Shown here piece after piece: positions 34,727 to 45,632 of a stretch of 64,000 nt of DNA; position 1 is the stretch's first letter, and each line of letters begins with the position of its first letter. Under the pieces are notes generated by a model. It saw only the letters and a program-made list of their open reading frames with translations, did no database searches and had not been told where the DNA came from. Position numbers and translations under genes: made by a program. Source of the stretch: Methanocaldococcus sp. 16A (GTDB lineage Archaea > AGJL01 > Methanococci > Methanococcales > Methanocaldococcaceae); the NCBI GenBank assembly GCA_049860595.1, contig CP187551.1; one strand, given 5' to 3'.

Positions 34727-34806
34727 CTGCTTTCACCCAAATTTGATTGAATCATATTTAAAATTATTATTCCATCTATATTATAATTTTTACTATATTT
34801 ATTTTA

Positions 34807-35501
34807 GAGACTGTCAAGATAAAGATTAAATAAATATGTGTAAATAAAGGAAGATATGAAACTTACGATAGAAATGTTAAAGGAAGGGATTAAGAAGATA
34901 GTTAAAAGGAATAAGAAGTCGATAGAGATTAAAATTTTAGCTGGAATTTTGTATTATTTAGGATTATCGTTAAGAAAGGTTAGTTTGTTTCTTTCTCAAT
35001 TTGAAAGTATAAGTCATGAATCGGTTAGAACATATTATCACAAGATTAAGGAGATTTTAAACGAGCCTGAAAGAAAGACAAGAAACCTAATAGCAATCGA
35101 TGAAACTAAACTAAAGATTGGAAATGAAACTATTTATGTATGGTCTGCTATCGATGTGGGTTCTAAAGAATGTTTAGGTATCTATGTCTCTAAAACAAGA
35201 TGCTACCTCGATACAATCTTATTCGTAAAAAATATATTAAAATTTTGCTCGAATAAACCAAAGATTTTAGTCGATGGTGGCAAATGGTATCCGTGGGCAC
35301 TGCAAAGATTAGGACTAAAATTCGAAAGAGTTCGATTCGGTTTAAGAAATTGTGTCGAAAGTTTCTTTTCCCTACTCAAACGAAGAACTAAATCTTTCTA
35401 TAATCGATTCCCAAGTAATACTAAATTCTCAACCGTCATTAGCTGGCTCGTATCTTTCTCCTCTTTCTATAACTTCTTTCTCTCCTTATCTTGACATCGT
35501 C
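34807..35501 (+). mobile_element. IS6-family insertion sequence (~695 bp)
   Basis: Imperfect TIRs GAGACTGTCAAGATAA / TTATCTTGACATCGTC; flanking direct repeat TTTATTTTA at 34798-34806 and 35502-35510. Confidence 0.9.
34856..35494 (+). CDS. IS6-family DDE transposase
   Basis: [30 protein letters not shown]. Confidence 0.92.
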   Translation: MKLTIEMLKEGIKKIVKRNKKSIEIKILAGILYYLGLSLRKVSLFLSQFESISHESVRTYYHKIKEILNEPERKTRNLIAIDETKLKIGNETIYVWSAIDVGSKECLGIYVSKTRCYLDTILFVKNILKFCSNKPKILVDGGKWYPWALQRLGLKFERVRFGLRNCVESFFSLLKRRTKSFYNRFPSNTKFSTVISWLVSFSSFYNFFLSLS

Positions 35502-35565
35502 TTTATTTTAATACAAAAGAGAAAAATTAATCAAAAAATTGAAATTTTAATATTAAACAAAATTG

Positions 35566-35940
35566 TTAAATTAGATTATGATTTTTTAAGGTTTCTTTAG
35601 CTTTTAATAAAATTTTATGATTTTTAATGATATTTTGCATATAATCTCTTCCTGGAAACTCTAAAGCATCAACTGGACAGAGTGTTTTGCAAGTTGTGCA
35701 TGCAACAACACAATTGTAAGGTCTTGCTACAACAGGTTTTTTCTTTTCTTTATCCCAATCAAATACAATTCTATTTGCACATGTTATAAAGCACACTCCA
35801 CAACCTATACATTTATCATAATTTATTTTTGGATACCATTCTATTTCTTTTCTGTCTATTCCCCACCATGGTTTTTTGCTCCAATCCTTTATTGTTCTAC
35901 CCAATGCATCTTTTCCTATTACTGGAAGTTCTTCACTCAT
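35566..35940 (-). CDS. 2x[4Fe-4S] ferredoxin-family protein
   Basis: CIGCGVCFITC and CVVACTTCKTLCP. Confidence 0.9.
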   Translation of the reverse strand: MSEELPVIGKDALGRTIKDWSKKPWWGIDRKEIEWYPKINYDKCIGCGVCFITCANRIVFDWDKEKKKPVVARPYNCVVACTTCKTLCPVDALEFPGRDYMQNIIKNHKILLKAKETLKNHNLI

Positions 35941-35986
35941 AAAATCACCATATTAAATTTTTATGGTATGGTTTATTGTAATACCT

Positions 35987-36045
35987 ATATTTATAGTTTT
36001 CGATTAATTAATGTATTTTGATATTTTTTAAGAATATTTAAATAT
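35987..36045 (-). promoter_or_regulatory. Extended promoter module, copy A (BRE-TATA plus conserved upstream block)
   Basis: 51/59 identical to 38850-38908; minus strand ends CGAAAA-C-TATAAATAT, 46 bp above the ferredoxin start. Confidence 0.7.
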
Positions 36046-36735
36046 TTAAATAAAAATTATACCTTTCAATATAGCCTCTTTATGTATTTTTAAAGCCTTC
36101 TGCTTTTTACAATCCCCTCTAAAAATTTTTATCTTTCCAGCAACACATGGATATCTTTGAATTAACATGGCTGATTTTTTGCTGAACTCTTCAATATCAC
36201 CAACTTCCATTCCTTTCATCAACTTAGCCATGAATAGGGTTGAGCCACAGATTGATGTTCTTAAAACCTCCACATTTTCAACTTTGTTGTCTTTAACATA
36301 AACTTTAACCTTTGGACTTCCAAATTCATCTAAAAATTCTTTTAATTTTGGATATTTATTTATCAAATTCCCAACTTCTTTTTCATTTAATAAACACATT
36401 TCCTCCGGGCATATAGCATCAAACTTACTCAATTCTTTCTTCTCTCCCTCTCCTTTCCATGTAGCAACGATTATGGCTATATTTTTATTCAATTTCCTTG
36501 CCTCATAGCAGAGATAGTATGTGTTATCTGGATGTTGAGTGTAGAGTAATAAAATATCAGCTTCTTTAATTTTATTTAACAATGTCTCTGGAAACTCTAT
36601 ATCATCAACTATTAAATCATTTGGCTTATCAATCTTAAAAATATCAATAAACTCATTTTTCTTTCCAAATGAATTAACAGTTCCTTTAATCCTATAACCA
36701 TAAGCTCCGTCAGTTACTACCAATATCTTTGCCAT
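36046..36735 (-). CDS. DUF166-like protein
   Basis: [31 protein letters not shown]. Confidence 0.7.
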   Translation of the reverse strand: MAKILVVTDGAYGYRIKGTVNSFGKKNEFIDIFKIDKPNDLIVDDIEFPETLLNKIKEADILLLYTQHPDNTYYLCYEARKLNKNIAIIVATWKGEGEKKELSKFDAICPEEMCLLNEKEVGNLINKYPKLKEFLDEFGSPKVKVYVKDNKVENVEVLRTSICGSTLFMAKLMKGMEVGDIEEFSKKSAMLIQRYPCVAGKIKIFRGDCKKQKALKIHKEAILKGIIFI

Positions 36736-36736
36736 A

Positions 36737-38143
36737 TTATCCCCTTATAATTTTTTTAGTTAAAATGCATCCAGGGTCTTCTCTTAAATAATCCCTATAA
36801 TAAGAATAAGCTCTTGCTCTACAACCCCCACAGACATATTTGTATTGACATTTTCCACATATCTTTAATTTATCTCTATCTCTTAAATCATTTAATATCT
36901 TATTTTCTTTCCAAAAGTTTAAAAAATCATTTTCATCGTTAAATTCTCTCATATTCCCTAATTTCAATGGGAAAAATACACATGGTTGAATATCTCCATT
37001 AGCCCTTAAACTTAAATAGAATCTTCCACATCCACATCCTCCAATAAAATTGGCTAAACTTTTTAAACGTTCATTCTCATCCAAATCAACATTAGCAAAG
37101 TGTGTTGCAAGGTAGTATTTATTATGCTCTAATGCAGTTCTCGAATAATATGGAGCTGTTGATAAAAAGGCAGTTTTACATTTTTTTCCAGTTTCATTGT
37201 TTAATTTTTCCCATAACATATTTAATAACTCTTCCCTTTCTTCAGGAGATAAATCGATTTCAAAATCTCCAGCACCAACTGGAATATAGTTGTACAGCAT
37301 GAAATAATCAACCCCAAGTTCTTCAGCAAAATCCATAACTTTTGGGACATCTTTATAGTTTAATTTTGTTGCGGTTGTCGCAATTGCACAGCATATATTT
37401 TCTTCAACAACATTTCGTATTCCCTCAACAGTTCTGTCATAAATTCCCTCTATACCCCTAAATTTTTCATGAGTTTCCTTTGTTCCATCTAAACTTATTT
37501 GTATAAAATCCACACCATGGTCTTTTAGTTTTTTTACATTTTCCTTTGTTAGTAAGGTTCCATTCGTTGCTATGGAAACTTGCATATCGTAATCTTTTGC
37601 TTTATCTATTAATTCAAATAATTCTTTTCTCATCAATGGTTCTCCTCCAGAAAATGCTAAAGCTACAACTCCTGCGTTTCCCAATATATCAACAACTTTT
37701 TTTGCCTCTTCTGTGTTTAATTCATCTTCTAATGGTTTTCCCGCATTTGCATAGCAATGCTTACATCTTAAGTTACACCTATATGTAACATCCCACACAA
37801 CTAAAAATGGAGCTCCAGAGACAAAAGGTCTTCTTACACCAAAATAACCTAAGCCCCTAACAACACTTATTAATCCTTTTTTAAAGTAAGGGTCTTTTAA
37901 ATATTCTTTAAAAATTTCTTTATATTTTCCTCCTGCAAATGTTTTTAATCCATTATCTAAAACACTTTTTAATGTTTTGTATTTTAATGAGTTAATATCC
38001 TCCCCTTTAATATAAGCATCAATATAATTTTCAATAATAAGTTTTCCATTTTTATCTTTTTTAAAAAGACCTAAAAGATGTCTTTTTATTATTGGATTTA
38101 AAATCAATTTTGAAAACACTAAAGCCATATCTTCTGTTTTCAT
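36737..38143 (-). CDS. Radical SAM/SPASM protein (NirJ/AhbD-like superfamily)
   Basis: [26 protein letters not shown]...G.IQPC, CGKC...CGGCRARA...DPGC. Confidence 0.85.
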   Translation of the reverse strand: MKTEDMALVFSKLILNPIIKRHLLGLFKKDKNGKLIIENYIDAYIKGEDINSLKYKTLKSVLDNGLKTFAGGKYKEIFKEYLKDPYFKKGLISVVRGLGYFGVRRPFVSGAPFLVVWDVTYRCNLRCKHCYANAGKPLEDELNTEEAKKVVDILGNAGVVALAFSGGEPLMRKELFELIDKAKDYDMQVSIATNGTLLTKENVKKLKDHGVDFIQISLDGTKETHEKFRGIEGIYDRTVEGIRNVVEENICCAIATTATKLNYKDVPKVMDFAEELGVDYFMLYNYIPVGAGDFEIDLSPEEREELLNMLWEKLNNETGKKCKTAFLSTAPYYSRTALEHNKYYLATHFANVDLDENERLKSLANFIGGCGCGRFYLSLRANGDIQPCVFFPLKLGNMREFNDENDFLNFWKENKILNDLRDRDKLKICGKCQYKYVCGGCRARAYSYYRDYLREDPGCILTKKIIRG

Positions 38144-38230
38144 AATATCAACCATATATTATTAATAATTATCGCTAAAAAACCTTATCTTTAAATATGA
38201 ATAAAAGAAAATTAAAAGATAAAAATATAG

Positions 38231-38800
38231 TTATTCAAAGATAACGTTTTTTTCAATCTCACAATTTAAAGAATTGCTAATTAAGCATTTTTTAGAACCT
38301 TCTAAAATTAATTTCTCTAAGTCTTCTTTATCCATATCTTTATTAACTTTTACATGAATATTTATGATTATTTTCTTTATTTTTCCTTCTTCAAATGATT
38401 TCTCAACATTTCCATCTACCTTTATTTCAGCATCTATGTTGTTATCTTTTAATGTATTACCAACAGCTATACAGATACATCCACACAGCCCTGCTAAGAA
38501 TAAATCCATTGGAGATATTTTTTCTTTTGTAGCTCCTTTTCCTCCTCTTGAATGAATTTTTAGTCCCTTAATATTTAACATTACTTCAAACATATCACAA
38601 AACTCAGCGGAAATTTCCTTTTTCTCATCTTTACTAACAAATATATCAACTATCTTTGCTATAAACTCTTTTCTTTCATTTTCAGGAATTTTATCTAAAA
38701 ACTTTTCTAAAGCCAATGGCATCATCTTAGGCATCATCTTTGGAGCCATTTCTTTGGCCATGTCTGAGTTCATCATTTCCATTATCATCTCTGGATTCAT
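38231..38800 (-). CDS. OsmC-family protein with Met-rich N-terminal extension
   Basis: SPMDLFLAGLCGC...KKCLISNSL; N-terminus MNPEMIMEMM...KMMPKMMP. Confidence 0.85.
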   Translation of the reverse strand: MNPEMIMEMMNSDMAKEMAPKMMPKMMPLALEKFLDKIPENERKEFIAKIVDIFVSKDEKKEISAEFCDMFEVMLNIKGLKIHSRGGKGATKEKISPMDLFLAGLCGCICIAVGNTLKDNNIDAEIKVDGNVEKSFEEGKIKKIIINIHVKVNKDMDKEDLEKLILEGSKKCLISNSLNCEIEKNVIFE

Positions 38801-38849
38801 ACTCTCACCATACTTTATTTTCCCCTCATGAGTAAAAGTATATCAAGCC

Positions 38850-38908
38850 ATATTTATATCTTTCGATTAATTGATGTATTTTAATATTTTTAAAGTATAT
38901 TCATATAT
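38850..38908 (-). promoter_or_regulatory. Extended promoter module, copy B
   Basis: 51/59 identical to 35987-36045; 49 bp above the OsmC start. Confidence 0.7.
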
Positions 38909-38989
38909 ATTGATTAACTAACTTTAGAATAATTTTAAAATTGTAGAATTAAAAATGGAAACTTTGATAGTTTTGTGCAAAGTGAGAGG

Positions 38990-39856
38990 ATGAAATATCT
39001 CATCTTAAAAATAACAAACAGATGTAATTTAAATTGCATCTATTGTTATGCATCTAATAAAAACAACAAAGACATGGATTTTGAAACTGCAAAAAATGCA
39101 GTTGATTATATTTTGAAAATAGATGATAAGTTAAAAATCCAATTTACTGGTGGAGAGCCACTTTTGAATTTTGATTTGATTGAAAGAATAATAAGTTATT
39201 GCACTGAAACTTATTCCAATAAATATATTTCTTATGCAATACAAACAAATGGAACTCTGCTAAGTGAAAAAATTATTAAAAAAATTAAGGATTTGGAGAT
39301 AAAAATTGGTATTAGCATAGATGGTTTAGAGGTAAATGATATATTAAGACCATACAAAAACAAAAAACCTTCAACAATAGACACATTAAAAGGTATTTAT
39401 CTTTTAAAAGAACACAATATTCCTTTCGGTGTAACAATAGTTGTAACAAACAAAAATCTACCATATATCAAAGAATTTATTGAATATTTAATGGCTTTGG
39501 GAATTAAAAGTGTAAGTTTTGATTTATTAAAGCCAAAGAAAAAGGAACATTTAAAATTAATGCCAAATGAAGATGAATATAATAGAACTTTAGATGAATT
39601 GAAAGATTATCCAATATATATTAAGAACATACGAAGGGACGAAAAACTAAAGGAAGGTAAAAAATACTGTTTTTTGAATAGTGGGGACTTGCTCTTTGTC
39701 AATGAGTTTGGAGATATTTATCCCTGCCCAACACTGGAAGGGTCTTTTTATATGGGTAATATAAATAAAATTGATAAAGAAAACCTAAAATTATTTAAAG
39801 TTGATTGTAATTATTGTTTTGCAAGGAAGTTTTTGATGGATAATATTAAGGGATAA
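38990..39856 (+). CDS. Radical SAM protein (AslB/anSME-like, truncated SPASM)
   Basis: CNLNCIYC, FTGGEPL, QTNGTL, ISIDG, C...GDIYPC. Confidence 0.85.
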   Translation: MKYLILKITNRCNLNCIYCYASNKNNKDMDFETAKNAVDYILKIDDKLKIQFTGGEPLLNFDLIERIISYCTETYSNKYISYAIQTNGTLLSEKIIKKIKDLEIKIGISIDGLEVNDILRPYKNKKPSTIDTLKGIYLLKEHNIPFGVTIVVTNKNLPYIKEFIEYLMALGIKSVSFDLLKPKKKEHLKLMPNEDEYNRTLDELKDYPIYIKNIRRDEKLKEGKKYCFLNSGDLLFVNEFGDIYPCPTLEGSFYMGNINKIDKENLKLFKVDCNYCFARKFLMDNIKG

Positions 39857-39857
39857 G

Positions 39858-40610
39858 ATGATAGGCATCTCAACAAGCGTATTTGCAAACTCAAATACAA
39901 AGTTGGAAGATACTTTATCAATTTTAGAGAATAAAACAAGATATGCTGAACTTATTTGTGATGGTTACTTGAATGTTATGGAAAACACTGAAGTTCCGCT
40001 TTCTTTTGATTTGAAATATACATTACACTGCCCACTTTCAGATATGAATTTGTCATCCTTTAGGGAAAAGGTTAGAAAAACAAGCGTAGAGGTTGTTGAG
40101 GATATTTTAAAGGTTGCTGATGAAGTTAATGCCTCTTTAGTAGTCCTCCATCCAGGTTATTGCATCTTTGAGGAAGATTATCCAAAGGCATTAAATGCCT
40201 TAAAAAAGTCCATAGTTGAGTTAAACGAACTTCAAAATGAATATTCCATAAAAATAACAATAGAAAATATGCCATCCTATAGTATGTTTATGTTTAGGGA
40301 GCCAATTGATGAAATTATTGAAATTTTGGGAGATGTTGGAATAACATTTGATATTGGACATTCCTTTTTAAATAAAAACATTGATGCTTTTTTAAATGAT
40401 AAAGTCGTTGATAAAATTGCTCATATTCATATCCATGACAACAATGGAGAGTTTGATGAGCATCTATGCATAGGGAAAGGAAAGATTGATTTTGAAAATT
40501 ATAAGAAAATATTAAGGAAAATAAATAGCATAAAAATGATTGAGATGCAAAATAAAAGTATTGATGATTTAGATTTATGCATTAAAAGAGCTAAAAAGCT
40601 ATTTGGGTGA
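39858..40610 (+). CDS. Xylose isomerase-like/AP endonuclease 2 TIM-barrel metalloenzyme
   Basis: LHCP, VLHPG, IENM, FDIGH, HIHDNNG..DEH. Confidence 0.85.
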   Translation: MIGISTSVFANSNTKLEDTLSILENKTRYAELICDGYLNVMENTEVPLSFDLKYTLHCPLSDMNLSSFREKVRKTSVEVVEDILKVADEVNASLVVLHPGYCIFEEDYPKALNALKKSIVELNELQNEYSIKITIENMPSYSMFMFREPIDEIIEILGDVGITFDIGHSFLNKNIDAFLNDKVVDKIAHIHIHDNNGEFDEHLCIGKGKIDFENYKKILRKINSIKMIEMQNKSIDDLDLCIKRAKKLFG

Positions 40611-41388
40611 TGTTGTGAAAGAGTTGGTTTATAATATAGATGATTGGAAAGCATATAAAATTCCTCATAATATTGAAATAGAGGATGAGATTGAAAAAAC
40701 AAAGACATTAATAATTGAGTTTGATAAAAGAAGGAGAGTTTTATCTACAAGAGAAGGATTTAAGGTAGTTAAATATGTAGGAAACCATTCAATTCCAGAA
40801 ATATTTTGGGATAAGGTCCATAACTATAAAGATTATGAAAATCAGGTTTTGAATAAAATTGGTGTTAAAAAGGAGGATATTGCTTTGTTATCTACTGGAG
40901 CAGATATGGACAATTTGGCAATTGCTAAGGAGAAGTTTGATGAATTTTATGTTATAGCATTTACAACCGCTGGAGCAAAATACAACGCTATAAGATTGGG
41001 AGATGAAGAAGCAGACTATATAGAGAAGGATTTTAAAACCTACAAAATTGAAAATGGAAAATTAATCTCTAAGGAGGAGATTGGGACTGTTAATATTATT
41101 TTAATAACAAATGCAAACCTAACAGATGGAGCAATGGCGAGAGCTATAATAACTATTACAGAGGCAAAAACAAATGCCTTCCAAGAGTTGGATATAAGAA
41201 GCACTAAATATCCTGAACTTCAAGCAACTGGGACTGGAACTGATAATGTTATTGTTGTTGGTGGTTTTGGAAGGGGAGTTGATTATACAGGAGGACATAC
41301 TAAGATTGGAGAAATGATGGCAAAGGTTGTAAAAAGAAGTGTAAAAGAGGCATTAATTAAACAGGATAAATTAGATGTAAAATATTAA
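40603..41388 (+). CDS. cbiZ: Adenosylcobinamide amidohydrolase
   Basis: TTAG, GTVNI, TEAK, ATGTGTD motifs of the CbiZ family. Confidence 0.85.
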   Translation: MGDVVKELVYNIDDWKAYKIPHNIEIEDEIEKTKTLIIEFDKRRRVLSTREGFKVVKYVGNHSIPEIFWDKVHNYKDYENQVLNKIGVKKEDIALLSTGADMDNLAIAKEKFDEFYVIAFTTAGAKYNAIRLGDEEADYIEKDFKTYKIENGKLISKEEIGTVNIILITNANLTDGAMARAIITITEAKTNAFQELDIRSTKYPELQATGTGTDNVIVVGGFGRGVDYTGGHTKIGEMMAKVVKRSVKEALIKQDKLDVKY

Positions 41389-44300
41389 AGTTTTTCCTCA
41401 ATCATTCCCTCAATTTCTAAGTATTTCTTTCTTAACTTTTCTTTTGTTTCTTCATCTGCTTTCCACATTCCTCTTTCAATAGCCTCTAACAACACCTCAG
41501 TTATATTTAATAAGGCGTAAGGATTATTTTCTTTAAAGAATTTTTCCATATCTTTATCAAAAACATACTTCTCAGCAATTTTTTGATACATCCAATCATC
41601 TATTATGTTTGAGGTTGCATCCCATTGGAACATATGCTCAATATACTTTGAGAAATCACTTGCCCCTTTATATCCATGCTTCTTCATTCCTTCAATCCAC
41701 TTTGGATTCATTATTTTTGTTCTAAATATTTGCTTTCCTTCTTCTTTTAAATGTTTTGTTTTTATTTTATATGGATTTGATGTATCTCCAATATAGCTCT
41801 TTGGTTGCTTGCCAGAATAATAAGTTACTGCTGCAATCATTCCACCATGATAGCTGTTGAAGTCATCTCCCTCAAAAATATCCCATTCTTGGCTATCTTC
41901 ATTTTTAACAGTTACTTCAATCTTTGAGAGCCTATTAATAAATTCCTCCTTTGCATCAACACCATAAATACCTTTTCCATAAGCATAACCTCCCCACTCA
42001 ACATAAACCTTTGCCAAATCTTCCAAAGATTTCCAGTTCTTCTCAGTCAATAAATCAGCAACTCCAGCTCCATAACATCCTGGCTTGCATCCAAATATTC
42101 TATATAACGATGTTTCTCTTGCTGTTTTCTCATCCATACCCTTCTTTAATTTTTCTTCAACCTCCTGTTTATAGTGTTTTTTTACATAATTCATTTCATC
42201 TGGCTCATCCAAATTTGCAACAGTTCTTATTGCCTCATCGATTAAATCAACAACCTGTGGGAAAGTATCTCTAAACAAGCCACTAATCCTTAAAGTTACA
42301 TCAATTCTCGGCCTTCCTAATTCTTCCAATGGAATAACCTCAAAGCCAACAATTCTTCCCATCTTATTCCAAACTGGCTTAACTCCTAATAAGTATAGTA
42401 TTTCTCCAATATCATCTCCCTTAGTTCTCATTGTAGGAGAGCCCCAAACTACAATTCCTAAATACTCAGGATATTTACCCTCTTCCTCCAAATACTTATT
42501 TAATAAATCCTCAGCCAATCTCTTTCCCATCTCATAGGCAGATTTCGTTGGAATCTCCTGAGGATTGCAAGAATAGAAGTTTCTTCCTGTAGGAAGACAG
42601 TTTATATCCTTTGTTGGAGCCCCTGCTAATCTTGGAGGGATATATTTTCCTTCTAAAGCATTTACTGCATTTTCAATCTCTTCATTTACTCTCATTAAAT
42701 TTTTATATATTTTTGAAACGGTTTTTAAAATCACCATTAATTCAGAATTAATTTTTATGGTTTTTAACTCATTAATTTTGTTCTCATCAAAGTTGTATTC
42801 CATATACTCCTCCAATAAATTTAATCCAATTTCATTTATCTTATCAATAATTTTATGATTTTTTCCTTTCTCCTCATTTAGTTTATCCCAATCATATCCC
42901 AAAATCTCTGCCAATTTTTCTAAATAATTGAACTGGTATCTAATAATCATAAAGAGCATATTAACTAATTTATCCCCTTCTAATGGAACTCCCATTATAT
43001 GCAATCCTTCATTTATTTGCCTATTTTTTAACTCCTCTAAGTAATCGTGAATTTTATTTAAAAGATTTTCAAAATTCTCCTCATTAATATTCTCATTTGT
43101 AACTTTTCCATCCATTAAATCTTCATCCAACTTCAATTCTTTAATTTTATTTATAATATTTTTCTTTAAAAAGTTCTTCTTTTCTTTATTATCTGCTTCA
43201 TAATATTCATCTATTTCTCTTTCTAACTCAGCTAACTCCCCATACAAATCAGATGTTGTCATTGGAGGAATTAAGTGGCTTATTATTGTTGCATAACTCC
43301 TCCTCTTTGCCTGTGTTCCTTCTCCTGGATTATTTACAATAAATGGATATACATTAGGAAGTCCCATACAAATATCAGGATAACAATCTCTTGATAAACC
43401 TGCTCCCTTTCCAGGAAGCCATTCTAAACTTCCATGTTTCCCTATATGCATTACTGCATCTGCTTTAAAAACATCCTTAATCCATTTGTAAAAGGCAATA
43501 TAATAGTGTGTTGGTGGCATATCTGGAGAATGATAAATTGCAGAAGGATTCTCTCCAAAGCCCCTTGGTGGTTGAACAGAAATGAAGATATTTCCATTTA
43601 TTATTCCTGGGATTATTAATTCTCCATTAAAATTCATAACTTCTCCAGGAATTGCTCCCCAATTTTTGATTAATTCATTTTTTACTTTCTCAGATAATGA
43701 GTTGAACCATTTTTTATAATCTTCTTTCTTAACTTTTCCTACAGCCTTTTTTATAACATCTTCTGTCAAAAATCTCTTATCATTTGTTGCATAGTTTAGC
43801 ATTTTTTTGATTAATTCAGTTCCATTTTCATAGAGTTCATCAACAACAAAACCCCTCTTTTTTAATTCTTTTAATATATTTAAAACACTTTCTGGGCTAT
43901 CTAATCCAAAAGCACTTGCAATTTTATCATTTCTTGGTGGATAGTTGTGGAAAATTATTGCTATCCTTTTTTCATCGTTTGGCTTTAACTTTAAATTTGC
44001 ATATCTTATAGCTAAATTAACAATCTTCTCAGCTCTATCTTTTATTGATTTGTATTTTATAATTGGAACTCCAACATCTCCATCTTTAATCTTTTTCTTT
44101 CCTCCTATTGGGAAATGTATTATTGTCCCATCGAATTCAGGCATAGCCATTCCAATAACTAAGTCGATTGGATTTATTCCAGATATTGACTTCTCCCAAT
44201 CTTCAATAAATCCTGTACTTACAATTCCCTGCAAAATTGGCACATTTAATTTTTTTAAAAATTCTGGTTCATCCATTAAGATATCTGCCTTTACTCCCAT

Positions 44301-45074
44301 AGATAGTGTAAACATGGTTGTGTTTATTAAAACATGGATGAATGGCTTTCCATCTTTATAGAAGAATTTTTTAAACACACCTAATGTTCCAATAGCCCCT
44401 AATTCATTTTTTAAATGAGATGTAAAGACGGCAACAGGTATTGCTCCCTTATCTTCAATAATTTCAATTAAATCGTTGAGATAATCGATATTGTTTGCAA
44501 TAAACCAATTTCTATAAAATAGAACACCAATTATCGGTTTGCCATTTATATCTTTTCCAATTTCTTTTAAATAATTTAAATAATCCTCTAAAGTTTCAAA
44601 GTATTTGTTTTTGTAATAAATTCCCTGCCATGGCATTGGCTTTGGTTCTTCATAGGGGATGTTTTTATCTCCAAATGTATTTGCTAAATATAATAATAGA
44701 TTTTTGTAATTTTCAACTCCTTCATAGCCCAAATATTTGATAACCTTTAACTTAACTTCCTCGCTCACTGTCGTTGCTTCATCCAAGTCAGGATGAACCT
44801 CATTTAGCGTAGGAAGAGGTAGGAAGGGAATGTTATGTTTATCAACAAATGCTTTTAATTCATCAAAATATCTAAACGCACTTTTACCACCCATGAGTTT
44901 TGTAAATACAATGTTAGCATCTTTAATAAATTCTAAGAACTCTTTAAACTCTTCCTCGCTACATTTATAGTCTAATATTTTAAATTCAATTCCATATTTT
45001 TTTACGTCCTTGTATGCCTCTTCAAAAACTAAATCATCACTATCAACAGTTGAAACAAACCCTATCTTTATCAT
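41385..45074 (-). CDS. cobN: Cobaltochelatase subunit CobN (class I chelatase large subunit)
   Basis: MPEFDG, QPPRG, HIGKHGSLEWLPGK, NNPGEG.QAKRR, LPTGRNFY, LGRPRIDV, NPKWIEGM. Confidence 0.93.
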   Translation of the reverse strand: MIKIGFVSTVDSDDLVFEEAYKDVKKYGIEFKILDYKCSEEEFKEFLEFIKDANIVFTKLMGGKSAFRYFDELKAFVDKHNIPFLPLPTLNEVHPDLDEATTVSEEVKLKVIKYLGYEGVENYKNLLLYLANTFGDKNIPYEEPKPMPWQGIYYKNKYFETLEDYLNYLKEIGKDINGKPIIGVLFYRNWFIANNIDYLNDLIEIIEDKGAIPVAVFTSHLKNELGAIGTLGVFKKFFYKDGKPFIHVLINTTMFTLSMGVKADILMDEPEFLKKLNVPILQGIVSTGFIEDWEKSISGINPIDLVIGMAMPEFDGTIIHFPIGGKKKIKDGDVGVPIIKYKSIKDRAEKIVNLAIRYANLKLKPNDEKRIAIIFHNYPPRNDKIASAFGLDSPESVLNILKELKKRGFVVDELYENGTELIKKMLNYATNDKRFLTEDVIKKAVGKVKKEDYKKWFNSLSEKVKNELIKNWGAIPGEVMNFNGELIIPGIINGNIFISVQPPRGFGENPSAIYHSPDMPPTHYYIAFYKWIKDVFKADAVMHIGKHGSLEWLPGKGAGLSRDCYPDICMGLPNVYPFIVNNPGEGTQAKRRSYATIISHLIPPMTTSDLYGELAELEREIDEYYEADNKEKKNFLKKNIINKIKELKLDEDLMDGKVTNENINEENFENLLNKIHDYLEELKNRQINEGLHIMGVPLEGDKLVNMLFMIIRYQFNYLEKLAEILGYDWDKLNEEKGKNHKIIDKINEIGLNLLEEYMEYNFDENKINELKTIKINSELMVILKTVSKIYKNLMRVNEEIENAVNALEGKYIPPRLAGAPTKDINCLPTGRNFYSCNPQEIPTKSAYEMGKRLAEDLLNKYLEEEGKYPEYLGIVVWGSPTMRTKGDDIGEILYLLGVKPVWNKMGRIVGFEVIPLEELGRPRIDVTLRISGLFRDTFPQVVDLIDEAIRTVANLDEPDEMNYVKKHYKQEVEEKLKKGMDEKTARETSLYRIFGCKPGCYGAGVADLLTEKNWKSLEDLAKVYVEWGGYAYGKGIYGVDAKEEFINRLSKIEVTVKNEDSQEWDIFEGDDFNSYHGGMIAAVTYYSGKQPKSYIGDTSNPYKIKTKHLKEEGKQIFRTKIMNPKWIEGMKKHGYKGASDFSKYIEHMFQWDATSNIIDDWMYQKIAEKYVFDKDMEKFFKENNPYALLNITEVLLEAIERGMWKADEETKEKLRKKYLEIEGMIEEKL

Positions 45075-45190
45075 AATTTTCACCATTCAGATTAAGTTAA
45101 ATAATTATTAAGTAATTTTGATAAATTATATATTAACGTATGTTAAAAATTTTTTGGAATATAGTAAAATAATTTTAAATAGGTGAAAAT

Positions 45191-45622
45191 ATGGAAAAGA
45201 AGAAAGAACTTTTAAAGAAAATCAGAGAGTTTATGATTTTAAATTTAGAGATTAAAAAACTATCAAAAGAGTTAGGAATTAATGAAATACATGACACTTA
45301 TGAAGATGTTACAAAACTTGTTAGAGAACCAAATAAAAGATTATATAAAATGCTTTATGATGCGGCAATGGAAATAGAATACGAAGAGTTTGGCGGGAAG
45401 AAAAGGAAAGAAATTCCATGGTTTCCAAAGATTGACTATGAAAAATGCAAAAATTGTAAGAAATGTGTTGAATTTTGCCCTAAAGGTGTCTATGATATAG
45501 AAAATGGTAGAGTTATTGTTAAATACCCATACAATTGCATAATTAACTGCAACGCTTGCTCATATATGTGCTGTGAGAACAACGCCATAATTTTTCCAGA
45601 GAATAAAATAGAAAAATTATAA
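45191..45622 (+). CDS. Ferredoxin-domain protein with N-terminal helical extension
   Basis: CKNCKKCVEFCP and CIINCNACSYMC. Confidence 0.85.
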   Translation: MEKKKELLKKIREFMILNLEIKKLSKELGINEIHDTYEDVTKLVREPNKRLYKMLYDAAMEIEYEEFGGKKRKEIPWFPKIDYEKCKNCKKCVEFCPKGVYDIENGRVIVKYPYNCIINCNACSYMCCENNAIIFPENKIEKL

Positions 45623-45632
45623 GTGATAGATT

